From Thermodesulfobacteriaceae bacterium (lineage in GTDB: Bacteria > Desulfobacterota > Thermodesulfobacteria > Thermodesulfobacteriales > Thermodesulfobacteriaceae): a stretch of DNA of 64,000 bases. The stretch covers positions 13,915-77,914 of the forward strand of contig JBMSAU010000110.1 of the NCBI GenBank assembly GCA_049414625.1. Direction: 5' to 3'. Positions 19,083 through 29,066 of the stretch are shown here, one piece after another (the first letter of the stretch is position 1; each line of letters starts with the position of its first letter). The notes under the pieces were generated by a model, which saw only the letters and a program-made list of their open reading frames with translations, did not search any database and was not told where the DNA came from. The position numbers and the translations under genes were made by a program.

Positions 19083-19703
19083 TTATTGTTCAAGCATTGT
19101 TATGTCAATACAAATACCTAGATCTGCATACTCTAATGTTGAGTATAATGTGATATGATCTTGTATGAGATATTTGTCTTCATTAAACAAAACAATTAGT
19201 ATTCTCTTGTCTTTTATATTGTTGTTGTAATTTTTTTGAATGATTTTATCATCGGTTGATATATAGAAAGCTACAATTTTGTTTTCATATTCTAATATTC
19301 CTTTGTCAAATATTAGTTGATCGTTATTGATTAATACATCTAGTTTTAATGAGCAAGGGTAGTTATTGTTTACATTGCCAAGTATATCATTCAGTATATA
19401 TGTTAATTCATCAATGATTTTACATTTATTGTTTACATTATTTAATGTCTCAAACTTACAAGCAAACGATAGATTTTTGCTTACAACTACTTTGATATTT
19501 GCTCTGCAATAATCACTTATTAGATTTTTGTTTAATATAATCTTGTCATCATATAAAATACCTTCAATGTAATTTTTGTAAACTATTGGCTTTCCTTGTT
19601 CTGTTACAATAGTAAAATTTTTTACATCACTAGGTAAATCAATTAATGGATCTTTGATTTGAATAAATTGTGAGTTGCTTAATACATAGGCATATATATT
19701 CAT
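19083..19703 (-). CDS. hypothetical protein
   Basis: ORF track entry. Exact CTAAATT-N7-ATG lies upstream. Confidence 0.65.
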   Translation of the reverse strand: MNIYAYVLSNSQFIQIKDPLIDLPSDVKNFTIVTEQGKPIVYKNYIEGILYDDKIILNKNLISDYCRANIKVVVSKNLSFACKFETLNNVNNKCKIIDELTYILNDILGNVNNNYPCSLKLDVLINNDQLIFDKGILEYENKIVAFYISTDDKIIQKNYNNNIKDKRILIVLFNEDKYLIQDHITLYSTLEYADLGICIDITMLEQ

Positions 19704-19733
19704 ACAAAAAAATTTAGTTTAGTTGCTAAACTA

Positions 19734-21656
19734 TTAGGCTAGCACACGCTTCCAATCAATGTTTCTGCTAGCAGGAACATCAAACAATTGTTTCACCTTT
19801 TCCTTAAACTTTTCAACTAATAGTTCTTGTTTTTGTTGAATAGTTACTTTATCAGATTTTAGTTTTAGGTAGTATATATATGTCTCTCTTGTTTGCGAGA
19901 ATCTATATACTCTGGCTACTGCTTGATGCAGATCTACATCTCTAAAGGGTAAGTCTGCATACATAACTATCCTGCCTTCTGTTAAAGTAAAGCCAAATGA
20001 TAAAGATGAATATGTTGCTATCAGTATTGTTCCTGGTTGCTGCTTGAATATTTGAATTGATTTTTTACGTTCTTTCAAAGATTGTTCTCCTGTAACAATT
20101 ACAATATTCCTAATACCATGTTTCTCAAGAGTTTGTTTTATGGCTTCCAATGTGTATTTGTAGTTCGTGAATATTATTATTCTTTCCTGCTTGGAAACTA
20201 AATCTTTTATGAGCTTAATATTCTTTTCATATAACTCGATGACTAACTCTATTAATCTTTGTTTATATATACTACTTAATTCTTTAGTGAAACAAATCAA
20301 TTTACCCATAAATAGTTGCGACATTGCTTTGTTAAATTGTTCAGCTAAAGTATGTTCGTTTCTACTTTGCAGAAAATCATAGATTTGTTTGCGAGCGTAA
20401 ACTAAATCTCTTGTTAATTTAATTTGATTTTGTTTGGCGTTTTCCCTAATCATTTTTACATAATCACTAATTTGATTATCTGTATCAACTTGTTCTATTT
20501 TTGATAGCACATCAATTAGGTTTTGTTTATAGGTGTTGTAGTTTTGATTTACTTGTTGCAGACAACCTGATGACTGATCTCTGGCTTGCTCAATAATACT
20601 ATCAACTATGTATTTATCAATATTATCTACATTTGTTTCTATAACTATTTCATGTTTTGGTGGTAAGGATAGACTGCTACTAATTTGACTTCTTGTTACT
20701 CTGATCATACTTAAACTAAGTCTATGCTTTATCAAATCTATAGCATGTGTAGCATAAGCTGAATTATAGGCTTTAATGAAATAAGGGTAAGCATCCATAT
20801 CAAATAAAGGATCCAACAATAAAAATGCTCCTGATAGTTCAGCATATCTACCTTTGACTGGAGTTCCAGATAACAATAATACATCATTAATGTTGTTAGC
20901 AATGACAAATTTGTATAGAGATTGCATTGTCTGTGTATCAGCATATCTTATGACTTGAGCCTCATCTATGATAAGGAAAATTCTCTCAATATTATAGTTC
21001 CACGGAACATGTATTTTTGAAACATTATTAAAGTTTGTTATGATTGCAATATGATTATGGTTTGGTTGATCTAAAGGAAAAGCGCAAACCTGTTCTCTTG
21101 GTATGTTGGTTAATTTCTCAAATTCATCTAGCCAATTTAATATAAGTGTTTTGGGACAAACAACAATAACTTTTGTTCCATAGGCCAGTGATGTATATAG
21201 AGATGTTAGTGTTTTACCTGTGCCAACATCAAAGGCCAAATAATAACCTCTTAGTTTGAGGTTATCCTTATATTCACCGTAATGCTGAACAAATTTATTT
21301 TGATGTGGCATTAACTCAACTTTGAAGATTTGTTTCGCTTTATCTAAATGTTTTGGTGTATCTGGTTTATGATCAAACAATATATGATGCAATACAGTAT
21401 TCTCAATTAGTTCACGAGCAATTTTTAGTTGATTGTTGGATATTAGTGATAGAACAATCTCAACTGTAAAAAAGCGATGAAATTTGTAGTATGTTTTGCT
21501 TCCTACTCTTACATCATCGATAATCATTTTTAAAAAATTTTTGTCCTGTTCACTAACATAATCTAGCAAATTCAAATCCGTTAGATAGAAGTTTTTGCTT
21601 TCAATAATTTGCATAAACATAAATCGCTGAGATATTATCGTCAAAACAACAAACAT
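19734..21656 (-). CDS. SNF2-family DNA/RNA helicase
   Basis: Motif I DVGTGKT, motif II IIDEAQ, motif III LLLSGTP, motif VI QAVARVYRFSQT. An alternative ATG at 21612-21614 would remove the overlap with the upstream gene. Confidence 0.85.
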   Translation of the reverse strand: MFVVLTIISQRFMFMQIIESKNFYLTDLNLLDYVSEQDKNFLKMIIDDVRVGSKTYYKFHRFFTVEIVLSLISNNQLKIARELIENTVLHHILFDHKPDTPKHLDKAKQIFKVELMPHQNKFVQHYGEYKDNLKLRGYYLAFDVGTGKTLTSLYTSLAYGTKVIVVCPKTLILNWLDEFEKLTNIPREQVCAFPLDQPNHNHIAIITNFNNVSKIHVPWNYNIERIFLIIDEAQVIRYADTQTMQSLYKFVIANNINDVLLLSGTPVKGRYAELSGAFLLLDPLFDMDAYPYFIKAYNSAYATHAIDLIKHRLSLSMIRVTRSQISSSLSLPPKHEIVIETNVDNIDKYIVDSIIEQARDQSSGCLQQVNQNYNTYKQNLIDVLSKIEQVDTDNQISDYVKMIRENAKQNQIKLTRDLVYARKQIYDFLQSRNEHTLAEQFNKAMSQLFMGKLICFTKELSSIYKQRLIELVIELYEKNIKLIKDLVSKQERIIIFTNYKYTLEAIKQTLEKHGIRNIVIVTGEQSLKERKKSIQIFKQQPGTILIATYSSLSFGFTLTEGRIVMYADLPFRDVDLHQAVARVYRFSQTRETYIYYLKLKSDKVTIQQKQELLVEKFKEKVKQLFDVPASRNIDWKRVLA

Positions 21657-22123
21657 AAATAATAGACAAAACTATTTACAAAAACTACTCGTGGTATGTA
21701 TTTTTGCTCTATAATTAGGTTAAGAAATGTACTAACTATCAAATTATTTTCTACACCTACAGAATGATAACTATGAATTTCGAGATTACTGTTTTCCATA
21801 TCTATAGTAATACGTTTTTTGTAATACATAAGTATTATTGTTAAATTTTGAAGGTAATTGGTTTTCAGTGTGTTTGGAAATGATATGAATGGTAATATAG
21901 GAACATATATATTTGGACAAAATTTGCTCAACATTATGTAAACGATAAATTTGGAGTAATCAACATTTTCTATTTTGTTGCAATTAGCTAGTAGATCTAG
22001 CAGAGTATCTTCAAAATTGTTGCTGTAGCCAAAACCATCAAACCATACGTCTACATAGGCTGAATTATAGTGTATAAATTTGATAAGTCTATTTATCGTT
22101 TCGTAAGCAGATTTAATGATCAT
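21641..22123 (-). CDS. hypothetical protein
   Basis: ORF track entry. Exact CTAAATT-N7-ATG lies upstream. Confidence 0.6.
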   Translation of the reverse strand: MIIKSAYETINRLIKFIHYNSAYVDVWFDGFGYSNNFEDTLLDLLANCNKIENVDYSKFIVYIMLSKFCPNIYVPILPFISFPNTLKTNYLQNLTIILMYYKKRITIDMENSNLEIHSYHSVGVENNLIVSTFLNLIIEQKYIPRVVFVNSFVYYLCLLF

Positions 22124-22148
22124 AACAGAAAATTTAGATCATTTTTCA

Positions 22149-22619
22149 TCACATGAGTAGCGTTATGTAACTCAATATTGGAGCATTAAAATCTCTGACA
22201 TAACTATTTATCAAAGCAACATTCGCAAATAAGTTTGCAAGTATGACATTCTGTATTGGTATTGCTGATGAAGGTGATAATATTAACTTAGAATTTTTAT
22301 GTTTGTAATAAAATAGTGTTTTTATTTTGAAAGACAACTCATAAAATATAATATGATGCAAAATTTTGTTTATGTTTTTGCATAATATTATCCTTATATT
22401 ATCTAGCAAATCGACATTATGAAAATCAATATCTGTTGTGTAATTTGCTTGCAACAATAACATGTAAGTTATTATCTTTTCAAATGAATCAACACTATCT
22501 AACAAACTTAACATAACATTACCAAATTCTGATGATCTATAGTAAAGTCCGTAATACAAATAAGGATAATGTAGTTTTGAGAATAATACATCCTGTAACA
22601 AAGTCAGACTGGAATACAT
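22149..22619 (-). CDS. hypothetical protein
   Basis: ORF track entry. Exact CTAAATT-N7-ATG lies upstream. Confidence 0.6.
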   Translation of the reverse strand: MYSSLTLLQDVLFSKLHYPYLYYGLYYRSSEFGNVMLSLLDSVDSFEKIITYMLLLQANYTTDIDFHNVDLLDNIRIILCKNINKILHHIIFYELSFKIKTLFYYKHKNSKLILSPSSAIPIQNVILANLFANVALINSYVRDFNAPILSYITLLM

Positions 22620-22649
22620 GACAAAAAATTTAGTGTATTTGTAAAAAAA

Positions 22650-24251
22650 TTATTTGCCTGCGTATGCGAATGCAAATACTCTATTATTCATATTCTTAAC
22701 ATCTTGCTTAACTTTGTTTATATCCATAGAAGTAGATACGATGCGTCTTTTATGTAGCGTTTGTAGTATCTTTGCTCCAACCAATATTACACCTATACCA
22801 ATCAATCCTGCGATACCAACTTTGGCAAAAGTAGGTATATCGGAATATACTTGCTGCAATTTCTCTATTAGAGATTTACCAGTAGTTTGAACTTTTTCTG
22901 CTACATCACCAATCTTTTCAACAACTTCACCAGATTTTTGTTCTACATTAGCAGCAGTATCTTGAGCTTGTTTAGCAGCTTCCACTATTTTATCTGTATT
23001 CAACGCTGTAAGCAAGCCAATTATAAAACCAAATATACCAGCACCAACAACTGGAGTAGCAGCTTTCAATATACCAACTAGAGCTGGAATTATACCTGGA
23101 TTTGCTTTTCTCTGACTAACTTTTGCGTAAGCTTCTTTGCTTACAAATTTACTTACTAGCTTTTTGTAATTGTTTATTCCTTTCTTACCAGCTTGTTCGA
23201 AAATCGATACAGCTTCTTTTGCTACTTGTTTGACATCCAAAGTAGGATTTGTTACAATAAGAACACTAGCTATATCATCTAGCACAGCATATGTAAGTTT
23301 GTCATTAGGTATGCTTGCAAATTCTCTAGCTGCTACTCTTACAGCTCTCTTCTTCATAATAAGCATTATTATTCCGACAATGCTTGCTGTTGCAACTGCT
23401 GTTGTGATGGTTGGATAATGTGTTACAAAATCTTTTATAAACTTAACTATAGATTCAACCTGTGATCCTATTTTTGAAAGTATTTGTGATAACTCGGCTT
23501 TTAGTTTGCTGAAGAATGTAATTACCTCTTGGATGAATCTTTCAATAATATCACGAACCTTCATATAAACCTTCACAAATGGATCTTGTAGAATTCGTTT
23601 TTCCTCGGGAGTTAATACCTTATCTTTTATTTTTTCTTTAACTTCAGCTTTAAATTTTTCCCAACCTTGCTTAAAGTTCTCTGCTCCTTTCTTTTCCGAA
23701 ATGTCTTGTGAATCTTGTTCCATTTTTACACCATAAACTTTGGATATATAGGAAGATGCAATAGCTGCAAAGTATGATTCAACATTAATCATAGACTCAA
23801 CATTTGCTTCCTCACCCTGTTCAACGTTAATTACCTCTATAGTAAATACAGCATCTTGCTCACCATATTTTGATCTAACATGAGATTGATCAATCATTAT
23901 ATGCAAACTTTCACCTGGATTTGTAACTATGCTATTAGCCACTACTGCAGCACTATGTACAAATTCTTTAGGATTTTTTATGAATGGTATTGATGGATTT
24001 GCTACGTTAACATAAACATCTACTTCTGATACTGGCAGATCTACTTCACCTACAACCACATTATTAATTTTTACTGTTGCTGATTGTTTTGAAGCTTCAA
24101 ATACTATTGTCTCATCTAAATCATCAAATACATCAAAATCTTCTATTGCTGATTCTTTGGTTGTTTTACTATTGCTGACAATGGTTCTAATTACTCCTAA
24201 ATATTGTCCTATCAAAAGACTATAAGGTGAAAGATATTCAGCTGTCAACAT
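22650..24251 (-). CDS. membrane protein, paralogue of 37471-39111
   Basis: SATVKINNVVVGEVDLPVSEVDVYV aligns with NATVHIKNVAIGKTSIPVSDIRVEV in 37471-39111. Several hydrophobic helices lie in the C-terminal half. Confidence 0.65.
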   Translation of the reverse strand: MLTAEYLSPYSLLIGQYLGVIRTIVSNSKTTKESAIEDFDVFDDLDETIVFEASKQSATVKINNVVVGEVDLPVSEVDVYVNVANPSIPFIKNPKEFVHSAAVVANSIVTNPGESLHIMIDQSHVRSKYGEQDAVFTIEVINVEQGEEANVESMINVESYFAAIASSYISKVYGVKMEQDSQDISEKKGAENFKQGWEKFKAEVKEKIKDKVLTPEEKRILQDPFVKVYMKVRDIIERFIQEVITFFSKLKAELSQILSKIGSQVESIVKFIKDFVTHYPTITTAVATASIVGIIMLIMKKRAVRVAAREFASIPNDKLTYAVLDDIASVLIVTNPTLDVKQVAKEAVSIFEQAGKKGINNYKKLVSKFVSKEAYAKVSQRKANPGIIPALVGILKAATPVVGAGIFGFIIGLLTALNTDKIVEAAKQAQDTAANVEQKSGEVVEKIGDVAEKVQTTGKSLIEKLQQVYSDIPTFAKVGIAGLIGIGVILVGAKILQTLHKRRIVSTSMDINKVKQDVKNMNNRVFAFAYAGK

Positions 24252-24291
24252 ATTTTTAGTTAGCTAAATAATAAGTTCAATCAAAAAATAA

Positions 24292-24885
24292 TCATAGAAT
24301 CAATTCAACATAAGCTTTCTGTGTCTCATAAAGTCTAATTTTACTAAGTTGTATTTTTGCTGGAATTAATCCTATAGTTTTCATTCTATCAAATATTTTT
24401 ACAAACCAATTACATAAATTTTCTGCAGTCGGAACAAAATCAACGATTATGAAGCTCTGTTTATGTTCATTGGTAAATTCTTCATAATATCTATTGAATT
24501 TTGAAAATAGAGATTTTTCCTTATCTGTTGATACTAACTCTAGCTTACCATCCATCTCAGTAATGGTGTAATAAACTAAGCATTTAGACCAATCTAGTCT
24601 GTTATTTGTTACTCCGGTTATTGATTCAAACAATGGATCATTTATATCCAAGATGAATTTATGATCGATAAATCTTTGTATAAAATCGTTTAGATAGTTG
24701 AAAAATGTGAAATCTAGCACCATACCGCTTTCATCTAGATCAGATGTAATAAATAATTCCAACACATATTCATGTCCATGTAGAAATCTACATTTATTTG
24801 GTCCCAATGATTTTGGTAAATTTTGCGAATGTACCCTGTGACCTGCAACAAAATTAATTTTTTTGGTTATAAGCATTTCACTCAT
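24292..24885 (-). CDS. queD: 6-carboxy-5,6,7,8-tetrahydropterin synthase
   Basis: FVAGHRV...NKCRFLHGHEY...GMVLDF...IDHKFILD matches the QueD/PTPS pattern. The ATG at 24883-24885 is chosen by the exact CTAAATT-N7-ATG (the track extends to 24918). Confidence 0.85.
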   Translation of the reverse strand: MSEMLITKKINFVAGHRVHSQNLPKSLGPNKCRFLHGHEYVLELFITSDLDESGMVLDFTFFNYLNDFIQRFIDHKFILDINDPLFESITGVTNNRLDWSKCLVYYTITEMDGKLELVSTDKEKSLFSKFNRYYEEFTNEHKQSFIIVDFVPTAENLCNWFVKIFDRMKTIGLIPAKIQLSKIRLYETQKAYVELIL

Positions 24886-24895
24886 ACAAAAAAAT

Positions 24896-25606
24896 TTAGA
24901 TTGGTTGGTTTGTTTCAAGTAATGTTGATGCTACTTCTGTAAGCAATATATCTCTTTCTGCCATATAACTTACTAACTCAAATTCATCTTTAAATACTTC
25001 TTTTACAAAGAGTTTATCAATAGCTTTACCATAAACATAAACAGATGTTAACACATCTCTATATACATCAGCATCAATAGCATTTTCCATGCTAATCATT
25101 AATTCTATATTCTCTAGCTCATCATTAGTTAGTTCATTCTTGGCTTCATTCACTATTTGAGCAACCCGAAGTTTTATATCATCTTCCTTGATGTAACAAT
25201 ACTTTGGTAGCAGATTTTGTTCAATCTTTTCCTGAACAGTTACTATTATGTTATTGATCAATGTGCTTATATTTTCATACTCCTTAGCTAACGACACATC
25301 TTCAAAGAGCATATACTCCAAAGCCTTACGATAAAATTCTTTCACATCAGTAATATAAGTTTGATCCTCTTTAATCTCATTTTTGCTATTGTTTTCTGTT
25401 TGTTCTTGTTTTACTACCGATTTTATAACTTTTGCAAAGGATAATAGATTTTCATCTATTGTCGAACTCGCTTCATTTATAATTTTCATTTGAATTTCTA
25501 CTATCTCTTTATCTTTTTGTTCTATGGGTAACGGAACTATTGAGGATGATTCATCAACGTTTTCATCGCTGTTTAGAATAACCTTAAGTAAATCATCTCT
25601 AAGCAT
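24896..25606 (-). CDS. hypothetical acidic protein
   Basis: ORF track entry. Confidence 0.6.
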   Translation of the reverse strand: MLRDDLLKVILNSDENVDESSSIVPLPIEQKDKEIVEIQMKIINEASSTIDENLLSFAKVIKSVVKQEQTENNSKNEIKEDQTYITDVKEFYRKALEYMLFEDVSLAKEYENISTLINNIIVTVQEKIEQNLLPKYCYIKEDDIKLRVAQIVNEAKNELTNDELENIELMISMENAIDADVYRDVLTSVYVYGKAIDKLFVKEVFKDEFELVSYMAERDILLTEVASTLLETNQPI

Positions 25607-25641
25607 TTACTTGTAGCTTAACATTCTAAGCAATGAAAAAA

Positions 25642-26331
25642 TCAAATCTGTTGCTGAGACAATTTCAATAACAAATAGTTTCTGTATTTTAGGAATTTAC
25701 TATCTACTCTTTTATTTTGAGGAACATTTTTTATATTTATCACAGAATTGATTTCTGTTGATATGGATACAGTGTAATCATATAATAGGTATATGATCAG
25801 TATAGCTATATGTCTATCTGTTTCTGTATTGTATTTGTTTGATGACAGTAGTTTAATGGTATGATAAGTGAAATATGCTAAAGGTAAAGAACCATAATAT
25901 ACCATTGGAGACAAATCTTTGTTAACAGTATAATTACTTTTGTATGTTATTAATGAAGGCTCCTTTAAAACAATTGGATATTGTTTACTCATACTAATAG
26001 CCATACCAACTCTATCAAAAGCTAATCCTAATACATCATAATTATCAAAGAAGTTTAATAATTGCTCAAAGGGAACAACATAATAATCATTTGTTTCTAA
26101 TTCATCATTTACACAGTGTAATAGGTAGAGAATAGATGTCAAAGCCAAATCAGATTTTGGATCTACAATTGCATGATTGATACCATTTATGGATTGTATG
26201 ATAAATTTTTTGTTTGTATTAATGCTAATTTGTTTTGGGAGCTTAAAGTTAACATTTTTATCATAAGGAAATCCAAAATATTTCAAAGCCATATCAATGT
26301 TAGCAAATAGATTTGGATTTCTGACTAGCAT
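25642..26331 (-). CDS. hypothetical protein
   Basis: ORF track entry. Exact CTAAATT-N7-ATG lies upstream. Confidence 0.65.
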   Translation of the reverse strand: MLVRNPNLFANIDMALKYFGFPYDKNVNFKLPKQISINTNKKFIIQSINGINHAIVDPKSDLALTSILYLLHCVNDELETNDYYVVPFEQLLNFFDNYDVLGLAFDRVGMAISMSKQYPIVLKEPSLITYKSNYTVNKDLSPMVYYGSLPLAYFTYHTIKLLSSNKYNTETDRHIAILIIYLLYDYTVSISTEINSVINIKNVPQNKRVDSKFLKYRNYLLLKLSQQQI

Positions 26332-26409
26332 ATCTAAAAATTTAGAGTGGATGTGGTGTTATTTATTGTCACTTTAAGATTGTTTTACAACGGATCTAAA
26401 TATATTAGT

Positions 26410-26745
26410 ATGTTGTACGTTTTCAACTCACAAATTATACCACTGAATTGGCAATTAGCAGATTCTTATACCGTTAAGATTAAAAGGATTGATGTGAATC
26501 AGGCGAGACAATTAGTTAATCAGAATCAATTTATATCCGCCATCGGACATGAATCAACAGCGAAATTGCTGTCAATGTTGTTAGGGATAGACATTCCAAT
26601 AAATAGAATTCAAGTTGAAATGGTTTCGGGAGATATAGGGTTACATTTTGTATTAAAAAAGAGATTACAAGAAGGACAAATAATTAAAGACATTCAGGAA
26701 TTGCAAGAAATTGGGTTTGATTTAGTAATGAGCGAAGTTTTATGA
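26410..26745 (+). CDS. DUF1874 / AcrIII-1-like viral ring nuclease (cyclic tetra-adenylate degrading anti-CRISPR family)
   Basis: ISAIGHESTAKLLSMLLG...NRIQV...GD...KKRLQEGQII resembles the GH(D/E)ST...NR...R(L)EEG pattern of SIRV1 gp29 / STIV B116, recalled from memory. The size (112 aa) fits. The ATG at 26410 follows CTAAATA-N7; the track starts at a GTG at 26347. Confidence 0.55.
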   Translation: MLYVFNSQIIPLNWQLADSYTVKIKRIDVNQARQLVNQNQFISAIGHESTAKLLSMLLGIDIPINRIQVEMVSGDIGLHFVLKKRLQEGQIIKDIQELQEIGFDLVMSEVL

Positions 26746-26833
26746 TCAATATTTTCATTTCTATCCATTTTTTCAGTTTTTTTATGAAACAAAAGTAACT
26801 CAAGGAGTTAGCTTCACAAAAAAATAGAATTTA

Positions 26834-27634
26834 TTATTCTATTGCTTCTGCTAGCTCATCTAAATCTTTTAGCAAATGATTTACTTTTGATTTGTTAGCA
26901 TCATCAAGTAAACTCCACATATCAACATAAACTTGTGTATCATCCAACGCATAACTGAACAATATTAACATTAACAAAACATCATAGTTTTTATTCTGTT
27001 TAATTTTGTTTATGAATAACAATGTTTTACTAGCAATCATACGGAAAATCTTTCTTGATGGTAAGTTATAATCAAGAGTTAGTTTTAATGCTTCAGTTAA
27101 ATCTTCTATATTCAAATCAGAAGCATTTATGTATCTATATAGATGATACAATCTCTTATCGAGATTTAATAATTCTGACTCGTTTAATTTTAATCCCAGG
27201 TTGATCTCAATAATTTTATAGTGTTTACTCAATATATTAGATAAAACTAAATTTTCCAAACCAAATTGTCTTAATAATATGTTTAACTCATTGTTAAGTC
27301 GTTTTAAAATCGATGTTAAGACATTTATTGTATTTTGATTGGGATCATCCTTGAATGAATAATACATAAAACGGTATATATCAAGTATAATATCCTTTGA
27401 TGGATAAGAATTAATTTTTTGCTCCAGTGTGTCTATCATCTTTTCTGCGTAATCATATCTACCTATTTGCAGCATAGCAAGGAAGATTCTATTGAATAAG
27501 ATTATGTCAGGTATGTCATATTCATGTTTAAACACATCTTCAACAATATCTTCAAAATCAGTTTCATTAAGATTTGATGTTAGCTTATAGAAGGCTCTAA
27601 CCTCAGCTAAACTGTTTAGTAACATTTTATACAT
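26834..27634 (-). CDS. hypothetical protein
   Basis: The ATG at 27632-27634 is chosen by the exact CTAAATT-N7-ATG (the track extends to a TTG at 27664). Confidence 0.6.
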   Translation of the reverse strand: MYKMLLNSLAEVRAFYKLTSNLNETDFEDIVEDVFKHEYDIPDIILFNRIFLAMLQIGRYDYAEKMIDTLEQKINSYPSKDIILDIYRFMYYSFKDDPNQNTINVLTSILKRLNNELNILLRQFGLENLVLSNILSKHYKIIEINLGLKLNESELLNLDKRLYHLYRYINASDLNIEDLTEALKLTLDYNLPSRKIFRMIASKTLLFINKIKQNKNYDVLLMLILFSYALDDTQVYVDMWSLLDDANKSKVNHLLKDLDELAEAIE

Positions 27635-27737
27635 AATAAAAAATTTAGATATGTTAGAATCCAAGCATTGCTAAATAATTTGTAGTTGTTTTACTTAGTA
27701 TTGTTATATCATTTGCTTTTGATGTAACTTTTTTATA

Positions 27738-29033
27738 CTATTCATTATTTATACTCCCTTCAACGAATTGCTTTGGAATAGCTATTACAAGTCCTATTGG
27801 TAAATCTCTGAAGTAAGTTATTTTATTTGTTTTTTTGCTTTTGACTCTAATTGTTATATTTGCATCAACGCTATCACCATCAAAGTCTCCTCCCAGTGGT
27901 GCACAAGCTAACGGATGTATTTGTATTGTATCTTGATCTGCTATAACTGGTTTTGCTGCTAGCCAAGATGTCTTATGCAAAGCTGGGTCTCTTTTATAAA
28001 CCACTACAGCATCTGGTAAAACATCTTGCTCTAAAACCTTTCTAAAGAAGTTTATCAATTCTTGTGGAAACAGAGTAGGATAATTGGAAATCTTGTTTAT
28101 AAGCTTAGTTATATCATTAACAGCAGGTTTAATCTCTTGTCTTGCAGTTTTTGTTATCTCTATAAATTCTTGTTTGTGTTTTGTTAGTATGCTATTAATT
28201 ATTTGTGGCTTGTATAGTTGCAACAGAGCTGTAAATGGAATAGCAATTTGGTCTATCTCAAGATTTGGATTAGGACTAATAACAGATCTTGCTGTGTAGT
28301 TAACTGTTTTGCTAGCAAGTTGTTCTCTAATAAAACCTGTTTTTGTTCCAAATTGTTCTGCTAACAAATCTATTAGTTTAACGATCAACCTATACAATTT
28401 TGAGCTATTAGCATTACCAACTTCAAAAGTTTTGTTTTGTTCTATTATTTTTGAGTAAACATCTGTTAACGGATGTATTGATATTTTGTTGTCTATCTTT
28501 GAGTAATCTCTCCAACCAGGAGGAAGCACAATTATTTTGTTTGTTATCAAATTCTCAACTTTATTGTTTGATAATTTGATTATCTCATTTATTAACTGAC
28601 CGGATACACTATTCTGTTGAGCAATATACTCAATCAATTTAATCAGTTTGTTTTTCTCAAAGAAGTCTGCGAAGCCTTGCATCAAGATTTTATGATTTGT
28701 GTAGCTAATCTCTTTCTCATCTTCCAAAACTAAATTCCCTTCTTCATCAATTGCTAAAATCCTATCTGGTCTGTTTCTGAATGCTCTGATTGTGGGTAAA
28801 TTATCCAGAATCATCAACACAGGAAACTTAGGGATATATACATTCAACGGTATATATCCCATTTGCTCAAACCATTTTGAACTTTTTCTCTCACCAAATA
28901 GATATTGTGAGTACAATCCATTTATTTGGCTCAGTAACTTTTGTTCATTTAAGTTTGCAGGTAATGGTTCCATAATAGCTGGAGCATTATGCTCCTTAAT
29001 AAATTGTTCCACATTTAGTAGTTCAAAAATCAT
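27738..29033 (-). CDS. multisubunit RNA polymerase beta-prime, N-terminal fragment ending just after the catalytic loop
   Basis: TVNYTARSVISPNPNL..IAIP aligns with VDYSGRSVI..P.L..CGLP. KRDPALHKTSWLAAKPV aligns with NRAPTLHRLGIQAFEPV. IHPLACAPLGGDFDGDS aligns with LHPLVC..YNADFDGDQ. Confidence 0.85.
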   Translation of the reverse strand: MIFELLNVEQFIKEHNAPAIMEPLPANLNEQKLLSQINGLYSQYLFGERKSSKWFEQMGYIPLNVYIPKFPVLMILDNLPTIRAFRNRPDRILAIDEEGNLVLEDEKEISYTNHKILMQGFADFFEKNKLIKLIEYIAQQNSVSGQLINEIIKLSNNKVENLITNKIIVLPPGWRDYSKIDNKISIHPLTDVYSKIIEQNKTFEVGNANSSKLYRLIVKLIDLLAEQFGTKTGFIREQLASKTVNYTARSVISPNPNLEIDQIAIPFTALLQLYKPQIINSILTKHKQEFIEITKTARQEIKPAVNDITKLINKISNYPTLFPQELINFFRKVLEQDVLPDAVVVYKRDPALHKTSWLAAKPVIADQDTIQIHPLACAPLGGDFDGDSVDANITIRVKSKKTNKITYFRDLPIGLVIAIPKQFVEGSINNE

Positions 29034-29066
29034 TGATTTTGATTGCTCAAGAAAACAGCAAAAAAA

